Of a stretch of 64,000 nucleotides of DNA, positions 37,124-47,562 are shown one piece after another. Within the stretch, counting starts at the first letter, position 1, and each line of letters begins with the position of its first letter. A program made the position numbers and the translations under genes. A model generated the notes under the pieces. The model was not told the origin of the DNA and searched no databases. It saw nothing but the letters and a program-made list of their open reading frames with translations. This DNA comes from Bdellovibrionota bacterium (lineage in GTDB: Bacteria; Bdellovibrionota_C; UBA2361; JBGSMV01): positions 64,001 through 128,000 of the forward strand of contig JBIKWF010000001.1 in the NCBI GenBank assembly GCA_044356455.1. Direction: 5' to 3'.

Positions 37124-39010
37124 TTAGGCGCCGAGGATCTTCTCGGGGATAGGGCCTCTGGTTCTAGAATCTTGTTCTACGAAGCCTTTGATAAGGTCGC
37201 CGATTTCAGCATCAGACCGCCTCGAGATATCCCTTTCGAGGCTGATAACCCAAGACATTGCATCGGTGGGGATTGCGGATTCCGAAACTACTCTGCTTAC
37301 CTTTGCAAAACGCGTACTCACCTTATGCTCTGAGGACTGGGTGAGTGATTCGCTAAGCTTCTCGCCGGGCCTTACGCCTGTGAATACGATGGGGAGATCT
37401 CGTCTTCCATAGAGCGCCAACATTTTTCGCGCTACATCAACAATCTTGATTGGCTTACCCATGTTGAGCAAGTAGACCTCACCGGACTGAGCAAGCGCTC
37501 CCGCAGTAAGGACAAGGCTTACGGCCTCTTTTATGGACATAAAGTAGCGTTCCATGTCGGGGTGCGTCACCGTGATGGGGCCACCGGAGGCGATCTGTTC
37601 TTTAAACAGAGGGATAACGCTCCCCGTGCTATTAATTACGTTTCCGAAACGTACGGCCGCGGCCGAAAAGAGTCGGTTTCCGGCTTCTGCAGCCTGGTGG
37701 CAAGCTTGGATAGTCAGCAGCTCCGCTACTCGTTTTGAGGCGCCCATGACGCTGCTCGGATCGACTGCTTTATCTGAGGAGATCAAGACAAATCTCCGCA
37801 CCCCGGCATGGAGAGAGAGACGGAGAAGGTTTCTTGTTCCGACGATATTATTTTGAAAAGCCTGATAACAATTCGCTTCTAGGAGTGGGACGTGTTTGAA
37901 GGCCGCCGCGTGAAGAACCAGCTCGGGTTTGTGGGTAGTAAAAAGAGACAGAAGCCGCGCTTCGTCGCAAATATTTCCTAGAAAATAGTGCGTATTAAGA
38001 GACGGGAAGGAGCGCTTTATTTCTTGTTCAAGCCGAAATAAATTGTACTCGCAGTTGTCGAGAAGTACTAATTTAGCGGGGGAAAATTGCGCTACTTGGC
38101 GCACGATTTCAGAGCCGATCGACCCTCCTGCGCCGGTAATGAGCACAACCAGCCCGCCGACGGCAGCGCGAACCTCCGCCTCGTGTTCGATGAAAACGTT
38201 CTTATCCAAGACTGCCTCAATAGAGGGCTGTGAATGCGGGTCCTCGGCATCAAGACACGCAATGTCTTCAAAAGACTGCAAGCGTTTGAGTGCTACTGAA
38301 AAATCCAAAGCCTGAGTGCGAAGTGCCTCAAAGCGCGCTTCTGAAAGTGATGGAATTGCGACGATAACTGCGGAAACGCGAGGAAACTGATGCAGCGTCA
38401 TTGGGAGATCTTCAAGGCGCCCTGCAACTTTCACGCCGTACACAGACATTCCTTGCAGGTAGTCGCTGTCATCAAGTACGGCGACTGGCAGGTAGCCAAA
38501 ACGTCTTTGGGAAAGCAAGGTTTTAACCAGCAAATGTCCGCTGTCGCCCGCGCCCAGGACAATCACCTCTCGACCGAGGCTTCTATGTTCGGTGGGGCTT
38601 CGAAGGAAGCGCTCGGCGGCCGAGCGCACAAGCATACGAAGCCCAAAGCTCATCATTAATGAAAGGACGAACTCAAAAAATATTACTGAGCGGGGAAAGT
38701 TTTCAACTCTAAGAAGGAAGATTGATGCAGTAAAAACAAGAGAAGATACCGCATGTCCTTTGACGAGGGTAAAGACGTCTCGTGAAGAGGTATAGCGCCA
38801 GTACCCTTCATTAAGCCCCCAGAATAGATAGGCCGCATTTCGAAGGCAAAGCAAAATCAGAAGCGGCAGCACGAACTGAGCGCGAAAAGTGTCCTCGAAA
38901 TTAAATTCAAAGCGCGTTGCAATAGCAAGCCAGAAGCCTGCTGCGGTGAGGCACACGTTGACCGCAAGAATGAGCGGAAGACGGAATCGCAAAAGGACGT
39001 CGGACTGCAT
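37124..39010 (-). CDS. Membrane-bound UDP-GlcNAc 4,6-dehydratase (PglF/CapD/WbpM family)
   Basis: N-terminal TMs; LITGAGGSIGSE, HAAAFKHVP, ISSDKAV, MGASKR, VRFGNV, GVRPGEKL. Confidence 0.93.
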   Translation of the reverse strand: MQSDVLLRFRLPLILAVNVCLTAAGFWLAIATRFEFNFEDTFRAQFVLPLLILLCLRNAAYLFWGLNEGYWRYTSSRDVFTLVKGHAVSSLVFTASIFLLRVENFPRSVIFFEFVLSLMMSFGLRMLVRSAAERFLRSPTEHRSLGREVIVLGAGDSGHLLVKTLLSQRRFGYLPVAVLDDSDYLQGMSVYGVKVAGRLEDLPMTLHQFPRVSAVIVAIPSLSEARFEALRTQALDFSVALKRLQSFEDIACLDAEDPHSQPSIEAVLDKNVFIEHEAEVRAAVGGLVVLITGAGGSIGSEIVRQVAQFSPAKLVLLDNCEYNLFRLEQEIKRSFPSLNTHYFLGNICDEARLLSLFTTHKPELVLHAAAFKHVPLLEANCYQAFQNNIVGTRNLLRLSLHAGVRRFVLISSDKAVDPSSVMGASKRVAELLTIQACHQAAEAGNRLFSAAAVRFGNVINSTGSVIPLFKEQIASGGPITVTHPDMERYFMSIKEAVSLVLTAGALAQSGEVYLLNMGKPIKIVDVARKMLALYGRRDLPIVFTGVRPGEKLSESLTQSSEHKVSTRFAKVSRVVSESAIPTDAMSWVISLERDISRRSDAEIGDLIKGFVEQDSRTRGPIPEKILGA

Positions 39011-39222
39011 GGATACTACATCAAATTTGGCTCATCCTATTCTCTACCGAGCCCAATCGCGTAGAAAGAGTCGCGTAGATAGAATTCCCTAGAAGCCGAG
39101 GGGGCATTTTCTTACCTAGATCTAATAGCCTAGTACGTCAGAATGTGGAATAGAAATAGCTCGCTGGTATTAACCTGAGCGTGGGGCTACTATCCTGGCT
39201 TAAGGCTTGTTGCAGGGGCTTT

Positions 39223-39987
39223 TTATTGAGCCGGATTCTGAGCCGGGCGCTCTGCTACCGGGATGTCTTGCCAGCCTGCCGGGCGAGTTTTTACCACCTT
39301 GGCGGGAGCCCCCACTACGGTTGAGTTATCTGGCACATCTGAAATTACCACAGCGCCGGCACCGACGACCGCCCATTCCCCGATACGTTTCCCTTCAATC
39401 ACCTTAGCTCCTGTTCCCACGGAAGATCCCGTGCCAATGGCCACGCAGCCTGAGATGTTTGCGCCTGGCGAGACTACCGCATAGGCGCCGATTGAAACGT
39501 CGTGACCAACGGTGCAAGAGAGGTTTATCATGGCATGTTCGGCGATGGTGATGTTGGTGGTGAGGATGTTCCCAGCGGTAATAATTATCCCAGAATCTCT
39601 CTTTTCAGGTTCACCGAGCCGCACTCGACTAGACATCTTTACGCTTGGATGGATGAGGTTAGGAAGGGTGGTCCAGGGGGGCAAGGAGAGGGCTACGCGC
39701 CTGCGAATTGCGGGCAAACCTATCCCAATCGCCACGGCGAGTCCTGTTTGTCTCAATTGATTGGGCGCCTCTGAAAAAAAGCGGGCGTCGAAAACAGGTA
39801 AGTCATCGATTTTAGGGGTGTGGGAGTCTGATTGTTTGTCGGTGTTGAGGAATCCGAGCAGGGAATACGTGGGACTTGTGGCGTTGATTTCGTCCACCAG
39901 CCAGCGCACTTCTCTACCGAACCCGCCGCTTCCAATAATAACAAGGGGGATAAGCGGGAGTTTCTGACTGTGCGGATTAGAATACAT
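39223..39987 (-). CDS. Sugar acetyltransferase (PglD/NeuD family, hexapeptide repeats)
   Basis: IIGSGGFGREV, NLIHPS, VGHDV, VGAGAVVISDVP..VVGAPA. Confidence 0.9.
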   Translation of the reverse strand: MYSNPHSQKLPLIPLVIIGSGGFGREVRWLVDEINATSPTYSLLGFLNTDKQSDSHTPKIDDLPVFDARFFSEAPNQLRQTGLAVAIGIGLPAIRRRVALSLPPWTTLPNLIHPSVKMSSRVRLGEPEKRDSGIIITAGNILTTNITIAEHAMINLSCTVGHDVSIGAYAVVSPGANISGCVAIGTGSSVGTGAKVIEGKRIGEWAVVGAGAVVISDVPDNSTVVGAPAKVVKTRPAGWQDIPVAERPAQNPAQ

Positions 39988-39997
39988 GGTTCTCTTC

Positions 39998-41161
39998 TCA
40001 GTTGTGCTGTTCTTTTGTCATGAGCCGTTCATACAAGTGCAGGAACTTGCCAGTAACCTCATGCCAGTCATGTTGCCGGGCCCACTCTTGGCCGCGCGAG
40101 GCTAGTCGCTGATAGAGCGCGCGGTCATCGAGAAGCATTTTGCAATGAGTGCGAGCGCCTAGAACATCCCCCTCGTGAGAAAGCAGGCCTGTTTCTTGGT
40201 GAATTACCGCGCTCGTGACGCCACCTGAAATGCTTCCCACTACGGGCAGGCCAGCAGCGCTTGCTTCCAAATACACGATTCCAAATCCTTCAAATTGCCA
40301 GTGCCGAGCCTGTGGCAGATGAAGATAGGCGAAAGCGTTAAGAAACTCGCGTGTGAGCGCCTCACCTCGCAGCTCGCCAGCGAACTCTACTTGTGACGCA
40401 ACGCCCTCTTGCGCAGCGAGTTTCTTTAGAACAGACAAATAGTCGGAAGATCCTCCCCCCACGATTCGGTAGACAACATCGCTCCGTTCGCGGAGTAGGG
40501 GAGCAATTGCTGCAATTGAGATATCAAAACCCTTGCGAGGCTTTAGTCCGCCTACGCCCAAAAAGACTTTCCGTGGGGCGCCCCAGCGGTCCGACTGAGT
40601 GGCCGATTTGTCTCGCTCTGAGCCGCTGAAGCGGGCGGACTCTACACCATTTGGTATAACAGAGGTGCGCTCCTCGAACCTATCGTCGCCCACCAGATTG
40701 ATAAGTAGGCTCCGAGTAAAGTCGCTTGGGGTGACAAAGTGGTCGCAGTGACTGAGGAGCTTCCGATAGCACCATCGACTGAGAGGTCTTTGAAACGGCA
40801 TTACGGCATAGGTGCCTTGTTCACCCAGGACAAACGGCAGCTCGGGGTGCCTAGAGACGGCGCGCGCGGCCGAGAGCGCGACGGGAGTCGAGAAAAGAGA
40901 GTGGACCACATCACAAGAGCTGACATCGATAGGGCGGCACCACAGCGCCTGAGCAATCGCCCGGGGAGAATACAGCAAGGCATCTGTGGGGAGACTATAC
41001 TCAACCTTTTCTGCCCAGCTTTCCGTGAGCACAGGGTGGGAGCGTGGCAGAAAAAGTTGAAACTGAATTCCCTTGGCGCTGAAACTCCGACAGATATTGA
41101 GGGTGATAGAGCCCCAGCCATTCGTTTCGTGAGCGTCGCAGGAGAAAAGGGCTATTTTCAT
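39998..41161 (-). CDS. GT4 glycosyltransferase
   Basis: VIPNGV, VGGLKPRKGFD, EGFGIVYLEASAAGLPVVG. Confidence 0.9.
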   Translation of the reverse strand: MKIALFSCDAHETNGWGSITLNICRSFSAKGIQFQLFLPRSHPVLTESWAEKVEYSLPTDALLYSPRAIAQALWCRPIDVSSCDVVHSLFSTPVALSAARAVSRHPELPFVLGEQGTYAVMPFQRPLSRWCYRKLLSHCDHFVTPSDFTRSLLINLVGDDRFEERTSVIPNGVESARFSGSERDKSATQSDRWGAPRKVFLGVGGLKPRKGFDISIAAIAPLLRERSDVVYRIVGGGSSDYLSVLKKLAAQEGVASQVEFAGELRGEALTREFLNAFAYLHLPQARHWQFEGFGIVYLEASAAGLPVVGSISGGVTSAVIHQETGLLSHEGDVLGARTHCKMLLDDRALYQRLASRGQEWARQHDWHEVTGKFLHLYERLMTKEQHN

Positions 41162-42024
41162 GGGTTCCCTGAGGTTACCTCAAAAATCGTCCCAAACCCG
41201 AATGAAGAACCAAGTCGCTGCAGGAGAGGCGTTCTGACGGGTTTGAGTACATAGGGAATCCCAAGGCACTGAGGCACGACTCTTGAAACCAAAAGCCCTC
41301 GGGACCTTAGCCTTGCTGCGAATTTCCAAGGAAAGCGGAAGATGTGAACAAGCTGCTTGTTCCCCGCATAACCCTCATTGACTCCCTCGCTCCCCGCGAG
41401 AAAGGCAGCGCATACCCTAAGGAGCCCGAAGAGGGACGCAAAAGGCGAACGCCATGAAAAGGACCAATAGCAATTCCCTCCCAAGAGAGGCCAGGCATAA
41501 GGGCTCAGGCAGGTAGGTACCGCAAGCAGTCCTCGTTTCGACATGGTGCGCCGAACCTCATCTATCCCTTGGTCTATATCAGGCAGGTGCTCAAGCACGT
41601 GGTTCGAAACGATGGTCTCAAAGCTCCCGGGCAAAAACGGCAAGTGTGCTGAGTCGCCTACGAGAAAGTGAATGCGGTCCTGGAGCCCTTGGTCCTGGGC
41701 GTATTTCTTCGCTGCGGCAATATTGGCAAGAGAGTAATCGAGACCCACTACGGAGGCGCCCTTGAGGGTCATGAGGATCGAGAGCGTGCCTTCGCCGCAG
41801 CCATCGTCGAGCACCCTTTCCCCTGGGGACACAAGGCGAACGAGAGTGTCATAGACCTCGCGGTGTACTGCACGGCGGATCGGAAAGGAGGAGTTAAATC
41901 GCTTCGCAAAAATTTCATCGTGATGATGTTTGTAGAACTCTTTGGTCTTCGAGAGTTGGTCGTGAGAGGGGCCGCCTGTGTCGGTGCGCTCAGGAACCTC
42001 GTGTGTGGTGCGAATCGTGTTCAA
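41158..42024 (-). CDS. Class I SAM-dependent methyltransferase
   Basis: VLDDGCGEG, VVGLDYS, LPF..SFE, NHVLEHLPD. Confidence 0.88.
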   Translation of the reverse strand: MNTIRTTHEVPERTDTGGPSHDQLSKTKEFYKHHHDEIFAKRFNSSFPIRRAVHREVYDTLVRLVSPGERVLDDGCGEGTLSILMTLKGASVVGLDYSLANIAAAKKYAQDQGLQDRIHFLVGDSAHLPFLPGSFETIVSNHVLEHLPDIDQGIDEVRRTMSKRGLLAVPTCLSPYAWPLLGGNCYWSFSWRSPFASLFGLLRVCAAFLAGSEGVNEGYAGNKQLVHIFRFPWKFAARLRSRGLLVSRVVPQCLGIPYVLKPVRTPLLQRLGSSFGFGTIFEVTSGNP

Positions 42025-43170
42025 TCAAAGCTCCATTTGTGAAATAAGGTCAGCATTCACGAAGCTCACATCAAATTGTTGCTTGGCAATTGTCAATCCC
42101 TTGCGTCCCATTTCTTGGGCCAATTCTCTCGATAAGAGGAGAATTTCCATGGCGTCGGCGAGGGCTTTGGGATCACGAGCGGGAACCAGCAAGCCGTTTA
42201 CCCCGTTGGTAACCGCGTGACGGCAGCCGGGGACGTCCGATGCAATAACCGCCCTTCCAAGGGCCATGGCTTCTAAGACGCTACGGGGCATCCCTTCGCG
42301 GTAGCTGGGAAGAACTAGGGTTAAACTTTGGGCAAGGAAGGGTCGAACGTCCTCGACCTGCCCTCGAAATTCTGCAATCCCTTTCTTTCGCCATTGAGCA
42401 AGTTCATCTTCTGAGAGTGAGGTAGGGTTCGAGTCCCGCTCGCCGAGAATAATGGCGCGTGGTGCGTGGCCTTTGGCACGCAAGATATCGAGGGCACCTA
42501 AGAACTCTCGAATGCCTTTGTCGGCGAGAAGACGTCCGATAAAAATAAAGTCGAATGCAAGCTGCGCGTCAGGAATGGGATGATAATGAGTGAGATCGAT
42601 TCCGGATCCGCCGATCACACGAGCCTTTTCTGAGGGGCAAATTCCTTTGGACACAAACAAATCGCGGTCGTCCGAGTTGTGATAGAAGACCAGAGCGTTT
42701 CTTCGAATCGCCAGTCGATAAGCAAGGCAGGCCATTGAAGATAACATTCTTCCCCTGAGGCCACTTTGTAGGAATAGGAATCCAAGCCCCGTCACCATGG
42801 AGTAAATTCTGATAGAGGAGTCGCGTGGAATAAGCAGGGAGCCAAAGACCACGGGCTTTGCCCCATAGAGGAAGACTACCGTAGGGGAGAATCGCGCGAT
42901 GGCTTTCCGAATAGCACGAAACCCAGCTCTATCGAGAAGTGGATTCAGGCCGGTACGCCTGAGGTGGGAATTCTCGAACGGTATTCCCAGACCTTCAAGG
43001 TGGGAGAGTGCCTTTTGCTCGTCGCCCCTGGGGATAGACGTCGACCCTGAGGCCATAGTAGTGACAGTATGGCCCCGGCGAACGAGGTCTCGAAGAAACG
43101 GAAGCCGAAAGTTGGTAAGGGACTGAGGAATAGTCCCAATGATGAGAATTCGTTCCTTGCTCAAACGCAT
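42025..43170 (-). CDS. GT4 glycosyltransferase (PglA/CapM-like)
   Basis: SLTNFR, GLNPLLD, KPVVFG, TGLGFLF, GSGIDL, GRLLADKGIREF, VLPSYREGMPRSVLEAMA, DVPGCR. Start placed at ATG 43170 (MRLSKERILII). Confidence 0.9.
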   Translation of the reverse strand: MRLSKERILIIGTIPQSLTNFRLPFLRDLVRRGHTVTTMASGSTSIPRGDEQKALSHLEGLGIPFENSHLRRTGLNPLLDRAGFRAIRKAIARFSPTVVFLYGAKPVVFGSLLIPRDSSIRIYSMVTGLGFLFLQSGLRGRMLSSMACLAYRLAIRRNALVFYHNSDDRDLFVSKGICPSEKARVIGGSGIDLTHYHPIPDAQLAFDFIFIGRLLADKGIREFLGALDILRAKGHAPRAIILGERDSNPTSLSEDELAQWRKKGIAEFRGQVEDVRPFLAQSLTLVLPSYREGMPRSVLEAMALGRAVIASDVPGCRHAVTNGVNGLLVPARDPKALADAMEILLLSRELAQEMGRKGLTIAKQQFDVSFVNADLISQMEL

Positions 43171-43377
43171 ACTTCTAGGCTGGTCCGCGAGGGGGGTTGG
43201 CGCTACTACTTGAGCAGAGTTGTGGTGGAGTTCCGGGGGCGCGGTGTGTTTGAGTAGCGCCGCCGACTTTGAAGCCGAGCCAGCGAGAACAGTATCGGCG
43301 TTCTGCTTTGAGGCAGGGTCCTTCCCGGAATACAAAAGAGAATTATCTGAAGAATCAGTAGTAAGGGCCTTGGGCGT

Positions 43378-45210
43378 ATGTGCGGAATTCACGGCTTCTC
43401 CTTTGGTGACGACGAGCTCATTCGCAAGATGGTCGAAAGCACCACGCACCGTGGCCCAGACGCTTCCGGAGTTTTTGTGTCCACCCAGGTTTCCTTGGGC
43501 CACAATCGCCTTCGAATTATAGATCTGTCGGAGCGCGCGTCGCAACCGATGAGGAGTGCCAGCGGTCGCTTCTCCTTAGTCTTTAACGGCGAGATATACA
43601 ATTATCGTGAACTTCGGGCGGAGCTCAGCTATCCTTTTAAAAGCGAAAGCGATACCGAGGTGATACTTGCGTTGTTTGAGCGGTACGGGACGGACGCTCT
43701 CAAACGACTCCAGGGGATCTTTGCTCTTGGGGTTCATGACTCAGAAAGTAACGAGATCATCCTGGCTCGCGATCCTCTCGGAGTAAAGCCTCTTGTTTAT
43801 ACCGTTTTGCCTTCGGGCGGCTTGGTATTCGCCTCGGAAGCAAAGAGTTTGCTTGAGCATGACATCCCTCGGCGTATCAATCGGCAAGGGTTAGGGGCGT
43901 ATCTCACTCTTCAGTACGTTCCTGGTGTGGAAAGTCTCATTGAAGGAATTCGTAAGCTCCCTCCAGGAACTATGTTGCGCTGGCGGGAGGGGCGATTGGC
44001 CTTAGAATCGTTTGTTCCACCCGAGCCTCAGGTGCTGAAGAGATCCCGTTCTGAGGAGGATGAGCTGATTCGCTCAACAATTTATCAGGCAGTCATATCT
44101 CAGCTTGTTTCTGATAGGCCTGTGGGCATATTCCTTTCTGGGGGAATCGACTCGACAGTTCTTCTTAACTGCGTGGCCCGGAGAGGAATTCGTTTGAAAA
44201 CCTTCTCTTTGGGCTTCGAACTTGAAGCAGGTGAGCAGCCTGATAAGTTCAATGCCGATCTTGCCCTTGCCCGTAAGAATTCTCAGTTCTACGGAACCGA
44301 GCACTCGGAATACATACTTTCAGCGCAGGACTTTCAGGCGGCGCTGCCTCGCATTGCCTGGCATATCGACGACCCTGTGGGCAATCCTACGACGGTTGCG
44401 ATGTGGGCGCTCTCGAAACAAACAAAGGGTAGCGTCGACGTAGCCCTGAATGGGAGTGGAGGCGATGAACTTTTCGGTGGGTATCCGCGCTACCAGAAAA
44501 GCTTGTTACTTTCCGCATACGGAAAGATACCGGCATTTTTGCGGCGGTATCTAGATTCGGTCTTGCCACAAGGCAAGGCGGCCCGCCTTTCTGGGGCCAA
44601 GCGCTATGCGCGCTTTATGTTTCGGCCTGAAGAACAAGTTTCTAGCGTTCTGATGCCGGGCGTTTTTTCAATGGGGACTCTCTATTCCTTGTTTCAGTCT
44701 GAATTTGAGGTGCCGAGGAGTCCTCACGCAAAATGCTTTGATGAAATATTTCCCCTGGTGGACAGAAAATTCTGGCTTGTAGATGAGTCGCTTACGAGTC
44801 TCGACAGGATGTCAATGGCCGCGGCGCTCGAAGTTCGCGTTCCGCTCTTGGACCAGCGTGTGGTTGCTCTTGCCGACTCAATTCCGCATCTGCGCAAGGT
44901 TTCCATGAGAGACACGAAGATCGCGCTTAAGAGAGCTTTCCGAGATGAGCTGCCGCAAGAGATTCTTGCCCAGCCTAAGCGCGGGTGGTTCTCTCCGTTC
45001 TCTAAGTGGATGCGCAGAAAAGAGTTCTATGAGTTTGCGCAGGACGTCGTGCGACCCGAATTCTATTCTACAACGGCGGAGCTCTTTAACTGGAAGTACC
45101 TACGAAGCCTTATGGAAGAGCACCGCTCGGGCCGGGGTTACCATCCTTCGCTTCTCTATAGCATGATTATCCTTCAGCTCTGGCAGAAGCGCTTTCAGGT
45201 TACGCTGTGA
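43378..45210 (+). CDS. asnB: AsnB-type glutamine amidotransferase (copy 1)
   Basis: MCGI, HRGPD, FNGEIYNY, SDTEV, FLSGGIDS, GSGGDELFGGY, LEVRVP. Confidence 0.93.
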   Translation: MCGIHGFSFGDDELIRKMVESTTHRGPDASGVFVSTQVSLGHNRLRIIDLSERASQPMRSASGRFSLVFNGEIYNYRELRAELSYPFKSESDTEVILALFERYGTDALKRLQGIFALGVHDSESNEIILARDPLGVKPLVYTVLPSGGLVFASEAKSLLEHDIPRRINRQGLGAYLTLQYVPGVESLIEGIRKLPPGTMLRWREGRLALESFVPPEPQVLKRSRSEEDELIRSTIYQAVISQLVSDRPVGIFLSGGIDSTVLLNCVARRGIRLKTFSLGFELEAGEQPDKFNADLALARKNSQFYGTEHSEYILSAQDFQAALPRIAWHIDDPVGNPTTVAMWALSKQTKGSVDVALNGSGGDELFGGYPRYQKSLLLSAYGKIPAFLRRYLDSVLPQGKAARLSGAKRYARFMFRPEEQVSSVLMPGVFSMGTLYSLFQSEFEVPRSPHAKCFDEIFPLVDRKFWLVDESLTSLDRMSMAAALEVRVPLLDQRVVALADSIPHLRKVSMRDTKIALKRAFRDELPQEILAQPKRGWFSPFSKWMRRKEFYEFAQDVVRPEFYSTTAELFNWKYLRSLMEEHRSGRGYHPSLLYSMIILQLWQKRFQVTL

Positions 45211-45227
45211 TTCACGGTTTGTGATTT

Positions 45228-45346
45228 GGAGCGCACCGGAGGGCGACGCTGCGTAGGCGGCGCTCGTAGGTGCGCGATGTTGGAAATCTGCCTGGATGGC
45301 GGGCTTTCCAACGCAGTCTCACGGACCCGTAAGGGATCCCGTGAGA
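45228..45346. repeat. ~120-bp three-hairpin dispersed repeat, copy 2
   Basis: Highly similar to 24739-24857; fills the gap between convergent asnB and FkbM genes. Confidence 0.85.
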
Positions 45347-45354
45347 CCTGACGT

Positions 45355-46143
45355 TTAGGGAAGGTGTTTTACGAAGAGCAGGTCTGCATGTGCGAGTGGC
45401 CCGCCGCGGCGCGCATCTGCAGCGCCGACGATGTCATACAAAGTAAAGCCATGACTCTCCAGAAGTGAGAGGAGCAACGAGAGCGTGCTTGGCGAAGGGG
45501 AGGAGGGGCCCACGCTGCGCTCGCAAGGGCTCAGGGGATGAAGGGTTGCTGCGTCTTCCGCTGGCGCCTCATTTTTAGGGCAAGTCCAAAGTGAGGTCTC
45601 GACAAGAACTACCTCCACATGAGCAAGGAACGATTGGGCTCCGCGCAGAACTTCGATTTCAGCCCCTTCCACATCGATCTTAAGAAGGATCGGAGTCGGC
45701 AGATGGCTAAGATTCAGAGAATCAAGTCTCGTTATTTTCACCTCGCGCTCGGTGGTGACGATTCCCTTGCGAGGGGCGGTTTCTCTAAGGGTTGATTTGC
45801 GAGGGTCAGAACTAACCCGAAAAGTAGCGGTACCGTCGTGGCTGCCCACGGCGACCGTGTGGAACTCTCCCTTGCGGTGCTGCACTATTTGCATCAAGTG
45901 GGGCCTGTACTCTTCGGCTGCTTCCAGTAAATATAGATAGGCCTCGGGAAACGCTTCATAGAGTTCAGGAGTTCCCTCTGCTACACCGACATCGACTATT
46001 GAAGCGGGGGAGAAGCGCCTCGCGCGAAGATTCACAAGAGCCTCGGACACCGAGCGAAAGGGGATATTCGATCGTGTGAGACGGAATCCAAACTTAAGGA
46101 ATACGCTTTTTATGAAGCGAGTGAAATTGCCTCCAAAAATCAT
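45355..46143 (-). CDS. FkbM-family methyltransferase
   Basis: IVDVGVAEG, AVGS..G, ITRLDSL, LLKIDVEGAEIEVLRGA. Confidence 0.88.
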   Translation of the reverse strand: MIFGGNFTRFIKSVFLKFGFRLTRSNIPFRSVSEALVNLRARRFSPASIVDVGVAEGTPELYEAFPEAYLYLLEAAEEYRPHLMQIVQHRKGEFHTVAVGSHDGTATFRVSSDPRKSTLRETAPRKGIVTTEREVKITRLDSLNLSHLPTPILLKIDVEGAEIEVLRGAQSFLAHVEVVLVETSLWTCPKNEAPAEDAATLHPLSPCERSVGPSSPSPSTLSLLLSLLESHGFTLYDIVGAADARRGGPLAHADLLFVKHLP

Positions 46144-46206
46144 GAGAGCCTCGGTCGAAGTGTAGAGAGGAGCATGGGAGCAGAAATTTCAGTCATTGAA
46201 CCTCCG

Positions 46207-47385
46207 TTAATTCTGGGAAGTGCGGCAAGTGCCGAACGAGTTTACTATTCGCGCAACGAGCGGCCCAAGCGCATGCTCGCGCACCACGATATCTCGCAGC
46301 TTCATCCCCACTAGTTGTCGCTCCTGTGGGTCAAGTTTTGCGAGCTGAACTATCCCTTGAGCGATAGAGTCGGGGGAACTCTCTACTACTAATTCTCCGA
46401 GCCCGGAGACCCCCAACACGCTTGCGTACTGCTTCGCCCCGAGAACGGGAACTGCACAAGCCATACCTTCGAGCAGACTTTTGTCGAGGGATGTATTGGA
46501 GGAGACGTTAACAACGCAGCCCGCCGCTCTAATCTTTGCGGGCAGCAAGGTCCGCGGAACGGAGCCGCAAAAGGTTACCCTGGCATCAATACCGCATGAG
46601 CAGGCAAGAGCGTGCAGGGACTCCTGGTAGCTGAGATCCTGTGCGCCTTGAGGAGCTCCCACAAAGTGGATTTCTATGCAGAAAGCGCGCCTGGTCTGGT
46701 CGGGAATAACCGCAAGGGCATTGATAACAAGCTCCAGTTCCTTGATAGGGCTGATTCTCCCAATGACAAGAACGATAAAAGGGGCCGCACGCTTCGATAG
46801 CTCGAGCAGCTCTTGCGGGTCTCGGGAGCCTGAGGGAGCAGGGGAGAAAAGGTCGATGTCAATTCCATGCCCCATGGGGACTACCTTCGGTGATTCCAGT
46901 CGGCACCCACCAGCGTTCGATGTAAAGATTGCCGAGCACCACCATGCTGCGATTCTAAGCGATGGAGTCACTGATTGATGCGCATACCAAAGGCCGAGCG
47001 GAACCCTGAGAAGTTTCGTAAGCGGACCAACGAGGGCAGCCGCAACTTGATTCATGTGCGAGAAAGCGAGCGTGTAGGGCTTAGAGCGAAGGAGAGAGTA
47101 TGCTGTCCAAATTAGCTGTGCCGCACGCAGGGCTTTAGAGCTACGCTTCGGAACTACGTGCACGCGAACGTGCGTTGGAGGGCGGTAATTCCCTAGACGG
47201 AAAGTAACGACATCAACCTCGTCAAAATCCTCCGCAAATTGGTTTGTCCAGCGGCATGCGAAAGAAAGAATAGGGTCCGATTCATCGAGCGCAAGGTTAA
47301 AATAGAGTAGGCGCCGAATGGGCTCCGGAGGGCCGCCAGGGGGATGGCCTTCGCTGCTCGAGCGGGACTCAGCTTTCATATGCAC
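46207..47385 (-). CDS. GT4 glycosyltransferase
   Basis: LWYAH, GHGIDIDLF, IGRISPIKEL, SLDKSLLEGMAC. Confidence 0.85.
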   Translation of the reverse strand: MHMKAESRSSSEGHPPGGPPEPIRRLLYFNLALDESDPILSFACRWTNQFAEDFDEVDVVTFRLGNYRPPTHVRVHVVPKRSSKALRAAQLIWTAYSLLRSKPYTLAFSHMNQVAAALVGPLTKLLRVPLGLWYAHQSVTPSLRIAAWWCSAIFTSNAGGCRLESPKVVPMGHGIDIDLFSPAPSGSRDPQELLELSKRAAPFIVLVIGRISPIKELELVINALAVIPDQTRRAFCIEIHFVGAPQGAQDLSYQESLHALACSCGIDARVTFCGSVPRTLLPAKIRAAGCVVNVSSNTSLDKSLLEGMACAVPVLGAKQYASVLGVSGLGELVVESSPDSIAQGIVQLAKLDPQERQLVGMKLRDIVVREHALGPLVARIVNSFGTCRTSQN

Positions 47386-47562
47386 ACTACTAAGACTTGT
47401 GCGTGTTCCATTCCGGGTCAGGTGAAGCTAGCTCCGCGCACGCATAAGAGCCGAAGCGGGAAAGATTCGCAGACACAGCACGATTGCACGACAAGGGGCA
47501 TCCGTTGGATACTAAACACTAGCGAGAAACGAAATTGGTTCGTAAGAGTTTAAGCCCTTCTT

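Noticed and set aside
43362..43389. Similar sequence before asnB copies 1 and 3 (AGGGCC-N6-GTATGTGCGGAATT) as a recombination site
   Set aside because: Mostly explained by the RBS and conserved MCGI codons; same orientation, and too short to support the claim.
43171..43545. 125-aa N-terminal extension of the PglA-like GT overlapping asnB
   Set aside because: Antisense to the conserved asnB start; GT homology begins at MRLSKERILII (43170).
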